Source of the DNA: Dehalococcoidia bacterium
GTDB taxonomy: Bacteria; Chloroflexota; Dehalococcoidia; WHTO01
Length of the DNA: 50,210 nt
Reading direction: 5' to 3'
Assembly: GCA_009377665.1 (NCBI GenBank)
Contig: WHTO01000004.1
Coordinates: 1-50,210 of the forward strand
The translations under genes and the position numbers were made by a program. The notes below the pieces were generated by a model that was not told the DNA's origin, did no database searches, and worked only from the letters and a program-made list of their open reading frames with translations. Positions 18,400-27,254 of the stretch are shown one piece after another; within the stretch, counting starts at the first letter, position 1, and each line of letters begins with the position of its first letter.

Positions 18400-19884
18400 A
18401 TGCAGCCGCATGGAGGCCCTGTCGTGAGCGAGAGCCCTGCCGATCTGACCGTCGTCGAGGCGGCTGCCGCGATCAGGACGAGGCAGCTTTCACCGACCGA
18501 GCTAACCGAGGCGGTCCTCGCCCGGATCGAAACCCTCGACCCAGAGATCAACGCCTACATCACCGTCCTTTATGACGAGGCCAGGGAGATGGCCCGCGCG
18601 GCCCAGGACGAGATCGCGGCGGGCCAGGATCGAGGGCCCTTCCACGGGATACCGGTTGGCCTCAAGGACCTCGTCGACCTGCAGGGCGTCCCGACGACCG
18701 GCGGGACTAGCTTCCTGAGGGACAACGTGGCGGCCGAGGACGGGTACCTCGTCGGGCGTCTGCGCGAGGCGGGTGCGGTCTTCACCGGCAAGCTGAACAT
18801 GCACGAGATAGCCTTCGGCACCGACAACGTCGTGTCGGCCTACGGGCCCTGCCGTAATCCGTGGGCGACCGACCGCATTCCGGGCGGGTCGAGCGGCGGA
18901 TCGGGCGCCGCGGTCGCCGCCGGGATGTGCCTGGCGGCCACGGGCAGCGACAGCGGGGGCTCCGTGCGCATGCCGGCTTCGCTGTGCGGCGTCGTCGGGT
19001 TCAAGCCGACCTACGGCCTGATCAGCACGCGGGGGATGATCCCGCTCTCCTGGACGCTGGACCACGCCGGCGTACTCTGTCGCACGGTCGAGGACGCGGC
19101 GGCGATGACCACCGCCATCGCCGGCTACGACGAGCGCGACCCCTGGTCGCAGCCCAGCCCCTCCGTGGACTACGCGGCCGGGCTGGCGGGGGGCGTTGCC
19201 GGGCTGCGCGTGGGCATCCCGGCCAACCACTTCTTCGACCACGCCAGCACCGAGGTGGCGGCGGCCGTGAACGAGGCGGCGCGGGTGCTGGCTGGCCTCG
19301 GGGCGGATGTCCGCGAAGTGTCCGTCGACCTTTCGGCTGCCGACCCCTACAAGCCGCTGGCCGCCAGCCTCGGGTTCGAACAGGGCACCGCTGGAATGCT
19401 CCGCCTCCTCATCGGGTCGGAGGCCGTGGCCTATCACCGGCGCTACCTGCCGCAGCACCACGACGACTATCAGCCGCAGACGACGGCCAAGCTGGACGCC
19501 TCGGCGAAGTTCATGGCCGCAGACTACGCGGCCGGCCAGCAGGCGCGCGCCGAGCTAACGCGCGCGCTGGAGCGGCTGCTGACGGACGAGGCCGACCTCC
19601 TGCTCGCGCCGGCGACGCCGGTCACGGCGATGCCGATCGCCGAGATCGAGAGCGGCGGGACCGCCAGGAGCCTGGTCACGAACCTGAACACGGCTGTCTT
19701 CAACCTCACAGGGCAGCCGTCGATCTCGATCCCCTGCGGGTTTGACGGCGATGGCCTGCCGATCGGCTTGATGCTCAGCGGTCCGCGCTGGTCGGAGGAG
19801 ACGGTGCTGCGCGCCGCCCACGCCTACGAGCAAGCGACGGAGTGGCACCGCCGCCGCCCGCCGCCCGTGGCGGACAAGGGCTAA
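18400..19884 (+). CDS. Amidase-signature family enzyme (GatA-like amidase)
   Basis: [14 protein letters not shown] is an amidase signature, with GIPVGLKD and [12 protein letters not shown]. Confidence 0.9.
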   Translation: MQPHGGPVVSESPADLTVVEAAAAIRTRQLSPTELTEAVLARIETLDPEINAYITVLYDEAREMARAAQDEIAAGQDRGPFHGIPVGLKDLVDLQGVPTTGGTSFLRDNVAAEDGYLVGRLREAGAVFTGKLNMHEIAFGTDNVVSAYGPCRNPWATDRIPGGSSGGSGAAVAAGMCLAATGSDSGGSVRMPASLCGVVGFKPTYGLISTRGMIPLSWTLDHAGVLCRTVEDAAAMTTAIAGYDERDPWSQPSPSVDYAAGLAGGVAGLRVGIPANHFFDHASTEVAAAVNEAARVLAGLGADVREVSVDLSAADPYKPLAASLGFEQGTAGMLRLLIGSEAVAYHRRYLPQHHDDYQPQTTAKLDASAKFMAADYAAGQQARAELTRALERLLTDEADLLLAPATPVTAMPIAEIESGGTARSLVTNLNTAVFNLTGQPSISIPCGFDGDGLPIGLMLSGPRWSEETVLRAAHAYEQATEWHRRRPPPVADKG

Positions 19885-19993
19885 CGCAGGGCGATCTCCG
19901 GCAGTACCACGGACGATCAACTGGCGAGTCAAGCCAACGAGGCGACATAAACGGGAGTTCGTGTGCAGTGAGTACATGCCGATGTTAGCGAGT

Positions 19994-20048
19994 CAACTTG
20001 TCAAGGCAGCGGGACAACTTGTCAACGTCCGTTAGCATATGGTTGTCA
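19994..20048. repeat. Three TTGTCA-containing repeats upstream of the HicB-like gene; possible operator or promoter
   Basis: CAACTTGTCAA occurs at 19994-20004 and again at 20015-20025, 21 bp apart. A third TTGTCA lies at 20043-20048. GTTAGC flanks the pair at 19984 and 20031. Confidence 0.3.
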
Positions 20049-20077
20049 TCCGGAGACGAATCGGCAGAGGATGGACT

Positions 20078-20281
20078 ATGCGGAAGAAGCATCTACTCCG
20101 CTACACGGACACGATAGCGATAGACAAACTTGATGATCGCTGGCGAGCACGCAGCGACTTGGGCGTGATCGTCTACGGAGAGACTGCAGGAGACGCCGAG
20201 CAGAAGTTAGAGTCTGCCGTAGAGATGCTCTTCGAACACTTGAAGCTAACGGTGGTCGTGGGCCTGTCATCGCGCGACTAA
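20078..20281 (+). CDS. HicB/DUF1902-like antitoxin-fold small protein
   Basis: MRKKHLLRYTDTIAIDKLDDRWRARSDLGVIVYGETAGDAEQKLESAVEMLFEHL follows the pattern ..W.A..DL.G....G.T..EA...L..A.. seen in HicB N-domain/UPF0150-type proteins. RBS GAGGATGG is present. This rests on pattern recognition only. Confidence 0.45.
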   Translation: MRKKHLLRYTDTIAIDKLDDRWRARSDLGVIVYGETAGDAEQKLESAVEMLFEHLKLTVVVGLSSRD

Positions 20282-20365
20282 AAGCAGCTGGCATACTGCA
20301 CGAGGTTATAGCGGGGGACGTGATCCCCGACTCTGGTCTACGCTATCACCGGGAGCAATCGCGAG

Positions 20366-20384
20366 AGCTAGCCGCTGTCTAGCT
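20366..20384. terminator. Short hairpin between the convergent small genes
   Basis: AGCTAG-CCGCTGT-CTAGCT forms a 6-bp stem that overlaps the stop of the minus-strand gene. It is weak and has no U-tract. Confidence 0.2.
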
Positions 20385-20625
20385 AAAGCGTCGCATCGAG
20401 CTCTTTCAAGAACAGCTCGTCGTTCTCCCCAGCCGCCCTGATCATCACGAGGATATCATCGAGCACGTAATCCTCATAGGCCGTCAACAGTACGATCGCA
20501 GTTGGTACAACCCCAGGCTGTGGGCGATAGAAAGCGATCAAATCTCCCTCGCGGTTCTCTTCGACGAATCCCAGCTTCGCTAGAACGTCGATCACGCGTG
20601 AAGTCAACACCTTACGTTGCGCCAT
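20383..20625 (-). CDS. HicA-like (YcfA-type) small protein lacking the usual GSH motif
   Basis: MAQRKVLTSRVIDVLAKLGFVEENREGDLIAFYRP...TAIVLLTAYEDYVLDDILVMIRAAGENDELFLKELD mirrors the HicA layout (..E.IK.L.K.GF......GSH.....VP.H..L..GTL..IL.QAGIS.EEF..LL). A GAAAGGA RBS precedes ATG 20625. I trimmed the start from 20709. Confidence 0.4.
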   Translation of the reverse strand: MAQRKVLTSRVIDVLAKLGFVEENREGDLIAFYRPQPGVVPTAIVLLTAYEDYVLDDILVMIRAAGENDELFLKELDATL

Positions 20626-20772
20626 GGATGTCCTTTCGTATCCCCTCGTATTCAAAGGGTACGTGAACGTACCTAGCAGCCCGCAAGTGGGCTCCTGGAG
20701 CGGGGGCATCGCAAGGTGTCAGCCCGACCGGGAGGGCGCATCTGGGCCTCACGGCAATGGCGCTGCGTGTGG

Positions 20773-21867
20773 TCAGACGTTGAAGAGGACGTGGACTACG
20801 TCGCCATCCTGGACGATGTAGGTCTTGCCCTCCGTGCGCAGCAGGCCCTGGCGGCGGGCCTCGGCGTACGACCCCGTCCTCAACAGGTCGTCCGAGCGTG
20901 TGACCTCGGCGCGGATGAAGCCACGCTCGATATCGGAGTGGATGGCGCCGGCGGCCTTAACCGCCGGCGTGCCCTCGGGGACGGTCCAGGCGCGGCCTTC
21001 GGGCTCGCCCACGGTCAGGAAGGAGATCAGCCCGAGCAGGGCGTACGACTCCTTGATCATCCGGTCGAGCGCCGACTCCTCGGGGATCCCCATCTCGGCG
21101 CGGAACTCCGCGGCCTCTTCGGCGCTCATCTGCGACAGATCTTCCTCGATCTTGCCCGGCAGGGCGACCAGCGCGCTGCGCCCGGCGAGCGGCAGCGAGG
21201 CGTGCTCCGCTTCGACCTCGGCCAGCCGGCTGCCGTCGTCGTCGCCCACGTTCAGCACGACGAGCAGCGGCTTCAGCGTGAGGAAGCCGAAACCGGACAC
21301 GGTCTTCAAGTCTTCGGCGGAAAGGTCCAGGGAGCGCAGGGGCTGCTCGGCCTCGATGCTCGCCTTGAAGCGCAGAAGGATCGCCTGCTCCCTCTCGCCG
21401 GCCTCGCGGTCGGAGGCCTTGCGCGAGCGCAACTCCGCCTCCAGCCGCTCGAGCCTGCGGTCGATCACGGCGAGGTCCGAGAAGGCCAGCTCGAGGTCAA
21501 GGATCGAGAGGTCGCGCGCCGGGTCAATGCTGCCTTCGGGGTGGGGCACAACCTCGCTTGAAAAGAGGCGCACGACGTGGATCAGGGCGTCGGCGCGGCT
21601 GAGCCCGGCCAGGTACTGGGCGGCGGGCCCCTTCTCCTTGCTGAAGCCGGAGCCGGGGAAGTCGATGTAGCGGATCTCAGCGTGCGTGACCTTCTTCGCT
21701 TTGAGCAGCCCCGAGAGCCTGTCCAGGCGTTCGTCGGGGACCTTGACGGTCCCCAGGTTGGGCTCCAGCCCGCCGCCATAGCCGCCGGTGCGCGCGCTGC
21801 CCCTGGTAAGCGCGTTAAAGACCGTGGTCTTGCCCGAGCGCTCGAGACCGACGATGGCGAGGTCCAT
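20773..21867 (-). CDS. ychF: Redox-regulated (Obg-like) ATPase YchF
   Basis: It has the MDLAIVGLERSGKTTVFNALT P-loop and a C-terminal TGS-like end (GKTYIVQDGDVVHVLFNV). Confidence 0.95.
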   Translation of the reverse strand: MDLAIVGLERSGKTTVFNALTRGSARTGGYGGGLEPNLGTVKVPDERLDRLSGLLKAKKVTHAEIRYIDFPGSGFSKEKGPAAQYLAGLSRADALIHVVRLFSSEVVPHPEGSIDPARDLSILDLELAFSDLAVIDRRLERLEAELRSRKASDREAGEREQAILLRFKASIEAEQPLRSLDLSAEDLKTVSGFGFLTLKPLLVVLNVGDDDGSRLAEVEAEHASLPLAGRSALVALPGKIEEDLSQMSAEEAAEFRAEMGIPEESALDRMIKESYALLGLISFLTVGEPEGRAWTVPEGTPAVKAAGAIHSDIERGFIRAEVTRSDDLLRTGSYAEARRQGLLRTEGKTYIVQDGDVVHVLFNV

Positions 21868-22876
21868 CCTCAGAAGATCGGCGATGCGGCGACGGCGGTC
21901 GAATCAGACGGGGCATGATCTCGGCGGCGATCAACTCCAGCACCTCGAAGTCGTCCTGGCTGTGGTGCTGCAGCATCACGCGGTCGACGCCGGCGTTGGC
22001 CAACCCGGCCAGCTGCTCGACGACCTCGGACGGCGTGCCCGCGAAGGACCCGCGCTTGCGCAGCGACTCGGCCCTCTTCTCGACAGGGACCTTCTGCAGG
22101 GGCACCAGCCATTCGGCGAGAGCTTCCGAGCGGCGCTCGATCTCCGCCCTGTCGGAGCCGATAAGGAACGTCGTCATGAACGAACGCATGATGGTTGCGG
22201 GGTCGCGTCCGAGGTCCTCGCAATAGGAATCCAACACGCGCGTCTTCTGCCTATAGATGTCGAGACCTCGGCCAAGCAGGTCTTCTCCGGGCGAGAGGGC
22301 ATTCCACTCGTCGGCGTGGGCGGCGACGATGCGCAGCGTCCGCTTCTCTCCGTTGCCTCCGACGATGATCGGCACGGGTCCAGTCGGCGGCTTCGGGTAC
22401 ATCTCGGCGTCGCGCAGCTGGAAATGGGCGCCGTCATAGTTGGCCGGCCCGGGGCCCCAGAGGGCTTTCAGGACTTCGATACCCTCGTCCAGCATGTCCA
22501 TCCGCTGCCTGACCGGCGGGAAGGGGATGCCGAAGGCCTCGTGCTCGGGCACGTTCCAGCCTGCGCCAAGGCCCAACCTGAGGCGGCCGCCCGAGAGCTC
22601 GCCGACCTGCGCCGCCATGCGAGCGAGGAGCGCGGGCTGCCGGAAGGTCATCGAGCAGACCAGGGGGCCGAACTCGATACGCGACGTCGCCTGGGCTGCC
22701 ATGACCAGCGAGACCCAGGTCTCCAGGGCCGGCTGCGTGTTGCGGCCCATCAATGAAAAGAAGTGATCGGAGCGCCAGAGCGAGTCGAAACCGAGCTCTT
22801 CGACGCGAGTGCAGAGGAGGCGCCAGCGCTCCCACGTGAGGCCCTCCTGGCCTTCGATCATGACGCCGAGCTTCAT
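21815..22876 (-). CDS. Luciferase-like monooxygenase (LLM) family oxidoreductase, probably F420-dependent
   Basis: MKLGVMIEGQEGLTWERWRLLCTRVEELGFDSLWRSDHF is typical of the F420-dependent LLM subgroup. An R-rich 40-aa tail overlaps the ychF start by 53 nt, so the 3' end is uncertain. Confidence 0.8.
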   Translation of the reverse strand: MKLGVMIEGQEGLTWERWRLLCTRVEELGFDSLWRSDHFFSLMGRNTQPALETWVSLVMAAQATSRIEFGPLVCSMTFRQPALLARMAAQVGELSGGRLRLGLGAGWNVPEHEAFGIPFPPVRQRMDMLDEGIEVLKALWGPGPANYDGAHFQLRDAEMYPKPPTGPVPIIVGGNGEKRTLRIVAAHADEWNALSPGEDLLGRGLDIYRQKTRVLDSYCEDLGRDPATIMRSFMTTFLIGSDRAEIERRSEALAEWLVPLQKVPVEKRAESLRKRGSFAGTPSEVVEQLAGLANAGVDRVMLQHHSQDDFEVLELIAAEIMPRLIRPPSPHRRSSEDGPRHRRSRALGQDHGL

Positions 22877-23613
22877 GGCGCTCTAAGCGTGGCGACCCGC
22901 TGGCCAGCGGTCAAGGACTCCATGTGACCCGCCGGGCAGAGGTCGAGAAGCGGACAGGCGTCACAGATCGGCGTGCTCTTCCTGCAGACGTCCTTGCCGT
23001 GTCGGACCAACAGCGCGTGGTACTCGTTGAACAGCTCAGCGTCGGTCCGGAGTCCGGCCATCATCATCCCGCGCCACGCTTCGTAGGTGTCCACGGCAGG
23101 GACGAGGTTGAGCCGCCCGAAGATCCTGCGCGTGTAGGCATCGATGACGAACGTCGGCTGGCCGGCCGCATAAAGCACGATGGCGTCGGCGGTCTCGGGC
23201 CCGACCCCGTGGGTGGTCAGCAGAATGCGGCGCAACTCGTCCCCGGACGCGCGGGCCAGGTTCTCCATCCTGCCTTCAAAGTGGGCATCAAGCATCGCGA
23301 TGAAGGCTTTGATCTTCCGCGCTTTGGCGTTGAAATAGCCGGCCGGGAAGACCAGGCGCGCGAGGGCGGCTTCGGGGACCTCGCGGAGGCCGCGCACGGA
23401 CAGGATGCCGGCGGTTTCGAGGTTGCGCAGGGCGCGGTCGACATTCACCCACGAAGCTGATTGGGTCAGGATCGCGCCAACGGCGACCTCCAGCGGGCTG
23501 TCGCCCGGCCACCAGTCCTGCGGTCCGTAGCGCGCCAGCAGGCGATCGAAGATTTCCTGGAGCCGGCCCGGCGGCGGGCTGGCCGCGACGCCTTCAGCCA
23601 TCGAACTGCCCAT
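22873..23613 (-). CDS. Endonuclease III-related HhH-GPD protein with a 4Fe-4S cluster loop
   Basis: LLTTHGVGPETADAIVLY is an HhH-GPD motif, and CRKSTPICDACPLLDLC is a Cys4 cluster loop. The stop overlaps the LLM start (ATGA). Confidence 0.85.
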   Translation of the reverse strand: MGSSMAEGVAASPPPGRLQEIFDRLLARYGPQDWWPGDSPLEVAVGAILTQSASWVNVDRALRNLETAGILSVRGLREVPEAALARLVFPAGYFNAKARKIKAFIAMLDAHFEGRMENLARASGDELRRILLTTHGVGPETADAIVLYAAGQPTFVIDAYTRRIFGRLNLVPAVDTYEAWRGMMMAGLRTDAELFNEYHALLVRHGKDVCRKSTPICDACPLLDLCPAGHMESLTAGQRVATLRAP

Positions 23614-24094
23614 AGACCCAGGGTGGCGCCTGCGCGTCGTCGAACGCGTCGTACTCGCCCAGGTAGGGCTTGATGTCGAGGACGGGAGTGCCGTCGATGG
23701 CGTCCAGGCCGACGACGCGGATGACGTTGTCGGCGAAGCCTTCGATCCGGCAGGCGCTTACGCCGATCGGGTTGGGGCGGTTCTGGCTGCGCGTCGCGAG
23801 GTCGCCCTTGCGCGGCAGGTCCTCGTCTCCGTGCAGGTGGTGGGTCACGCGGGTCCGGGCGTGTTCCGGAACCTCGTGCATCCAGAAGATGACGAGCAGG
23901 TGGCTGTGGCCCGCGAGCCCATCCAGGGCCGGGGCAAGGTCGGGCCTCAAGACGATGCGCGAGCGTACGCTTGTCCAATCGCGCGTCCGTGGTGTCGCGA
24001 AGCGGTTGGCGACCCGCCCGATGGGCTGGATCGAGATTGGCGGTGGGGGCTGATAAGCCCCATCACGACCCTTGCCCCGAAGGCGGCGCAGCAT
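23594..24094 (-). CDS. trmO: tRNA (t6A37-N6)-methyltransferase TrmO/TsaA family
   Basis: IQPIGRVANRF..HSHLLVIFWMHE..RSQNRPNPIGVSACRIEG..VVGLDAIDGTPVLDIKPY is the YaeB/TsaA signature. Confidence 0.85.
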   Translation of the reverse strand: MLRRLRGKGRDGAYQPPPPISIQPIGRVANRFATPRTRDWTSVRSRIVLRPDLAPALDGLAGHSHLLVIFWMHEVPEHARTRVTHHLHGDEDLPRKGDLATRSQNRPNPIGVSACRIEGFADNVIRVVGLDAIDGTPVLDIKPYLGEYDAFDDAQAPPWVYGQFDG

Positions 24095-24165
24095 AGGGCC
24101 AGTCTAGTAACACCGCTCCGAGGGGACTTCGAAGCTCGGGCGCTGGCCTCTTAGGATTAACCGGT

Positions 24166-24912
24166 ATGCGGACCGATTCGGAAGAGACCAGCGTCCAGAG
24201 GGACGAGGTGCAGGACTTCGTGGCGGCCGTCCGCGGCAGCCAGCACTGGTTTGACGCCCTGCTCGACACCATCCCGCGCTGGCGGCTGTCCGAGGAGACG
24301 ATCGGCGACCGTCAGTATCGTTACCTGGTCGGCGGCGAAGCCTTCGACTGGCTGTTGCTGGCGGAGCGCCTGCTGGACGAGGTCGCCGATTTCGTGCCCG
24401 ACAAGGAGCGCCAGGAGCTGCTCTTCGAGGGCAGGTGGCCAGAGGGCTTCGACGCCGAGGCGTTTCGCGAGCGCGTCGGGCCGGCGCGCCACGCCGCGCA
24501 CCTCAACTTCCAGTACGGCGTGGTCGTTGAGCAGGTCCTGCAGCTGGCGTTCGAGCAGGAAGCGGAGAAGGAGCGCGCATCCCACGTCTGGGGTGCGGGC
24601 ATCGGGCCTGACGCCGCGGAGACCGCCATCCAGCGCCTGTACGGGAAGAGCCGGGGAGAGCTCGTGCGTTTGTTCCGCGAGCAGCGCCCCGAACTGATCG
24701 TCGACGCTCAGACGCTCGGCCTCGCGGACCTCAAAGAGTTCACGTATTGGATGTTCAAGCACCGGGTGGAGAACTCGGATCCGGCCCGCGTGGCTTCGGA
24801 CACGCGCAGGGGTCTCGCTCTCCTGTCGCGTATGGAGCTGGAGACGAGGTCGCGTCGGCGTGCGCAGGGCGAAGACGAGCCGGCGCGGTTCGTCGAAATC
24901 ACCCGCGCCTGA
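24166..24912 (+). CDS. Hypothetical protein with no domain I recognise
   Basis: 248 aa of balanced composition (W/F/Y/E/L-rich: QHWFDALLDTIPRWRL.., EFTYWMFKHRVEN). The opposing 292-aa ORF is R/G/P-rich antisense noise. Confidence 0.6.
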   Translation: MRTDSEETSVQRDEVQDFVAAVRGSQHWFDALLDTIPRWRLSEETIGDRQYRYLVGGEAFDWLLLAERLLDEVADFVPDKERQELLFEGRWPEGFDAEAFRERVGPARHAAHLNFQYGVVVEQVLQLAFEQEAEKERASHVWGAGIGPDAAETAIQRLYGKSRGELVRLFREQRPELIVDAQTLGLADLKEFTYWMFKHRVENSDPARVASDTRRGLALLSRMELETRSRRRAQGEDEPARFVEITRA

Positions 24913-25020
24913 CTCGCCGCGCAGCGCGATTGTGCGGTGGCCCCTGGGAGAGGCGGAGTGGGGCCCGCCGCGTCTGCCGAGTAGCTCTGAATGCCTTTGA
25001 AAGCGACGCCGAATTGCGAT

Positions 25021-25036
25021 TGTGATAAACGGCACA
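25021..25036. promoter_or_regulatory. CRP/FNR-type palindrome upstream of nuoA
   Basis: TGTGATAAACGGCACA matches TGTGA-N6-TCACA at 9 of 10 positions. It lies about 140 nt upstream of the nuoA ATG, inside the 260-nt non-coding leader. Confidence 0.3.
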
Positions 25037-25174
25037 GATGAATAAGATCGCTTCGAGGCTTGATTCGGAAGGGGCCAAACGCTCCCTCCGGGTTAATTCA
25101 CGACGTGGGCAAAGCCTGTACGATCAAGATTGGCGGGCTCTTATTCCCGGATCGTCGCGCTCGGAAGAGGTGGC

Positions 25175-25546
25175 ATGCCGCTCGATCAGCTCCTTGGGAA
25201 CTATGTAGCAGTTCTGATTGCCGTGATCGTCGGCATCGTGCTGGTACTGACGGCGCTGATCGCGAACATGGTGCTGGCGCCGAAGTACCCGTCCCGGAAC
25301 AAGGCAACGCCCTACGAGTGCGGCATGCTGCCGATCGGACGGAACACCACCGGCATTCACTTTCGCTACTACCTCTACGCGATTCTTTTCCTGATTTTCG
25401 ACGTGGAGGCGGTGTTCCTCTTCCCGTGGGTCGTTAGCTTTGCCGACATCGGGGTCTTCGCGTTCTGGGAGATGGTCATATTCGTGGCCATCCTGGCGGC
25501 GGGGCTGGGCTACGCCTGGAAGAAGGGGGTGCTTGCATGGAGATGA
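25175..25546 (+). CDS. nuoA: NADH-quinone oxidoreductase subunit A
   Basis: [56 protein letters not shown] precedes ATG 25175. Confidence 0.9.
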   Translation: MPLDQLLGNYVAVLIAVIVGIVLVLTALIANMVLAPKYPSRNKATPYECGMLPIGRNTTGIHFRYYLYAILFLIFDVEAVFLFPWVVSFADIGVFAFWEMVIFVAILAAGLGYAWKKGVLAWR

Positions 25547-26115
25547 CGGCCGTAGACCGCCCAGAGGGCGGGCTGCCCGCCAGGATTCACCTCGACGCGG
25601 AGGAGATCAAGCTCGCGCCGCTGCTGCCGGAGCCGGGGAAGGCTGCCTACCGGCAGCTCTTGCCAGGAATCATGCAGATGCCGGCGGACACGTTGCTGGC
25701 GATGGCGCGCAAGTCGTCGCTGTGGCCGCTGACCTTCGGGCTGGCCTGCTGCGCGATCGAGATGATCGGTACCTTCATGGCGCACCACGACCTTGACCGC
25801 CTCGGGATCGTCCCCTGGCCGTCGCCGCGTCAGTCCGACGTGATGATTGTGTCGGGCACCGTGACCAAGAAGATGGGGCCGGCGGTCAAGCTGCTCTACG
25901 AGCAGATGCCGAACCCGAAGTGGGTGATCTCGATGGGCGCCTGCGCCACCAACGGCGGACCCTACACGCGCTACGACAGGGTGGTGCAGGGCGTCGATAA
26001 GCTCATCCCGGTCGACATCTACGTGCCCGGCTGCCCTCCTCGGCCCGAGGCGCTGATCGACGGCCTAATCGCTCTGCAGGAGAAGATCATGGAGGAGCGG
26101 GGCAAGGTCGGTTAG
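25537..26115 (+). CDS. nuoB: NADH-quinone oxidoreductase subunit B
   Basis: [35 protein letters not shown] are the N2-cluster cysteines. Confidence 0.95.
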   Translation: MEMTAVDRPEGGLPARIHLDAEEIKLAPLLPEPGKAAYRQLLPGIMQMPADTLLAMARKSSLWPLTFGLACCAIEMIGTFMAHHDLDRLGIVPWPSPRQSDVMIVSGTVTKKMGPAVKLLYEQMPNPKWVISMGACATNGGPYTRYDRVVQGVDKLIPVDIYVPGCPPRPEALIDGLIALQEKIMEERGKVG

Positions 26116-27254
26116 TGGTAACTGAGAAAAGGGCTCCAGCGAGCCGGGCGCCACGCGAAGATATCAAAGAGGCTCCCATCGTCCCGCCGGAGCCCGGGAC
26201 CGTCTATGACGTGTTCCAGGAGCTCTTCCCCCACCTCGAGCTTGCCGCCACGCAATCGGTGGCCGACGTGGTGATCAATGTGCCGCAGGAGGCGATCCAC
26301 AACGTCCTCAAGGTGGCGCGCGCAGAGCCCCGGCTGTCCTTCGACTATCTGCGCTCGCTGTGCGGGGTGGACGAGGTCGGATCACGGGGCGGCGTCGACG
26401 TCGTCTACCACCTGTTCTCGTTCACGCACCGGCACAGCGTCACGCTGAAGACGCTCGTGCCGGATGCCAATCCAGTGATCCCAACCTCGACAGACATCTG
26501 GATCGGGGCGGACTGGCACGAACGGGAGACGGCCGAAATGTTCGGGCTGACCTTTGAAGGGCATCCCCACCCGATGCCACTGTTGCTGGAGGAAGGGCTC
26601 GACATCAACCCCCTGCGCAAGGACCACCCGCTCGCCGAGGTGGAGATAAAGCAGGGCACCGATGTCTTCGCGTTCAAGGAAGAATTCAACTGGGGCGGCG
26701 CGGGGATCGGCGAAGAGGTCGTCAGCGACGCCGCCGGCACAACCGGCACGGCCAGGGACGGCGCTGCCGCAACCCCGGCGGCACCCGCGAAGGAACGTCG
26801 CAAGCTGACCCCGGAGGAGATGGAAGCCGCCAAGGAACGCGCGGCAGCGTTGCGGGCAGAGCACCAGGCGAAGAAGGCCTCGGGGCAGACCGGCGGCGAC
26901 CGCAAGAAGCGCTATACGCCCGAGGAGATAGCGGCCATCCGGGCGAAGGCCGGTGTCACAGCCTCCGCCGCGCCGGCGCCGGAAGCGCCCGCACCGCAGG
27001 CCGCGGCACCCGCTGAGGCGGCGCCCGACGAGGCTCCAGCGGAGGCGGCGGAAACCCCGGCAGCCGCTCCAGAGCGCGCCCCTCGAAGGAAGCTGACGCC
27101 GGAGGAGATGGAAGAGGTCAAGCAGAAGGCCGCCGCCCTCCGCGCCGAGCACCAGGAGGCGAAGGCTGCGGGTAAGACCTCGGGCGAGCGCAAGAAGCGC
27201 TACACGCCGGAGGAGATTGAAGAGATCAAGCGCCGCGCGCAGGGAGGGCAGTGA
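26115..27254 (+). CDS. nuoC: NADH-quinone oxidoreductase subunit C with a roughly 190-aa C-terminal extension carrying a tandem duplicated basic module
   Basis: The NuoC core is about residues 30-180 (..ADWHERETAEMFGLTFEGHPH..). After it, residues 229-279 and 325-375 are 36/51 identical (RKLTPEEME..AAALRAEHQ..RKKRYTPEEI), separated by an Ala/Pro linker. Confidence 0.9.
   Translation: MVTEKRAPASRAPREDIKEAPIVPPEPGTVYDVFQELFPHLELAATQSVADVVINVPQEAIHNVLKVARAEPRLSFDYLRSLCGVDEVGSRGGVDVVYHLFSFTHRHSVTLKTLVPDANPVIPTSTDIWIGADWHERETAEMFGLTFEGHPHPMPLLLEEGLDINPLRKDHPLAEVEIKQGTDVFAFKEEFNWGGAGIGEEVVSDAAGTTGTARDGAAATPAAPAKERRKLTPEEMEAAKERAAALRAEHQAKKASGQTGGDRKKRYTPEEIAAIRAKAGVTASAAPAPEAPAPQAAAPAEAAPDEAPAEAAETPAAAPERAPRRKLTPEEMEEVKQKAAALRAEHQEAKAAGKTSGERKKRYTPEEIEEIKRRAQGGQ

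Noticed and set aside
21815-21867. 53-nt overlap between the LLM oxidoreductase 3' end and the ychF start, considered as a possible recoding or fusion signal
   Set aside because: The YchF P-loop fixes its start. The LLM tail after ..AAEIMPRL is R-rich and unlike the family, so it is most simply a late stop or annotation-level overlap. No slippery site or structure was evident.
24157-25035. 292-aa minus-strand ORF overlapping the hypothetical gene
   Set aside because: Its composition is Arg/Leu/Gly-rich antisense-type. It would run into the nuo leader and overlap trmO's upstream region. The + strand frame has a more protein-like composition.
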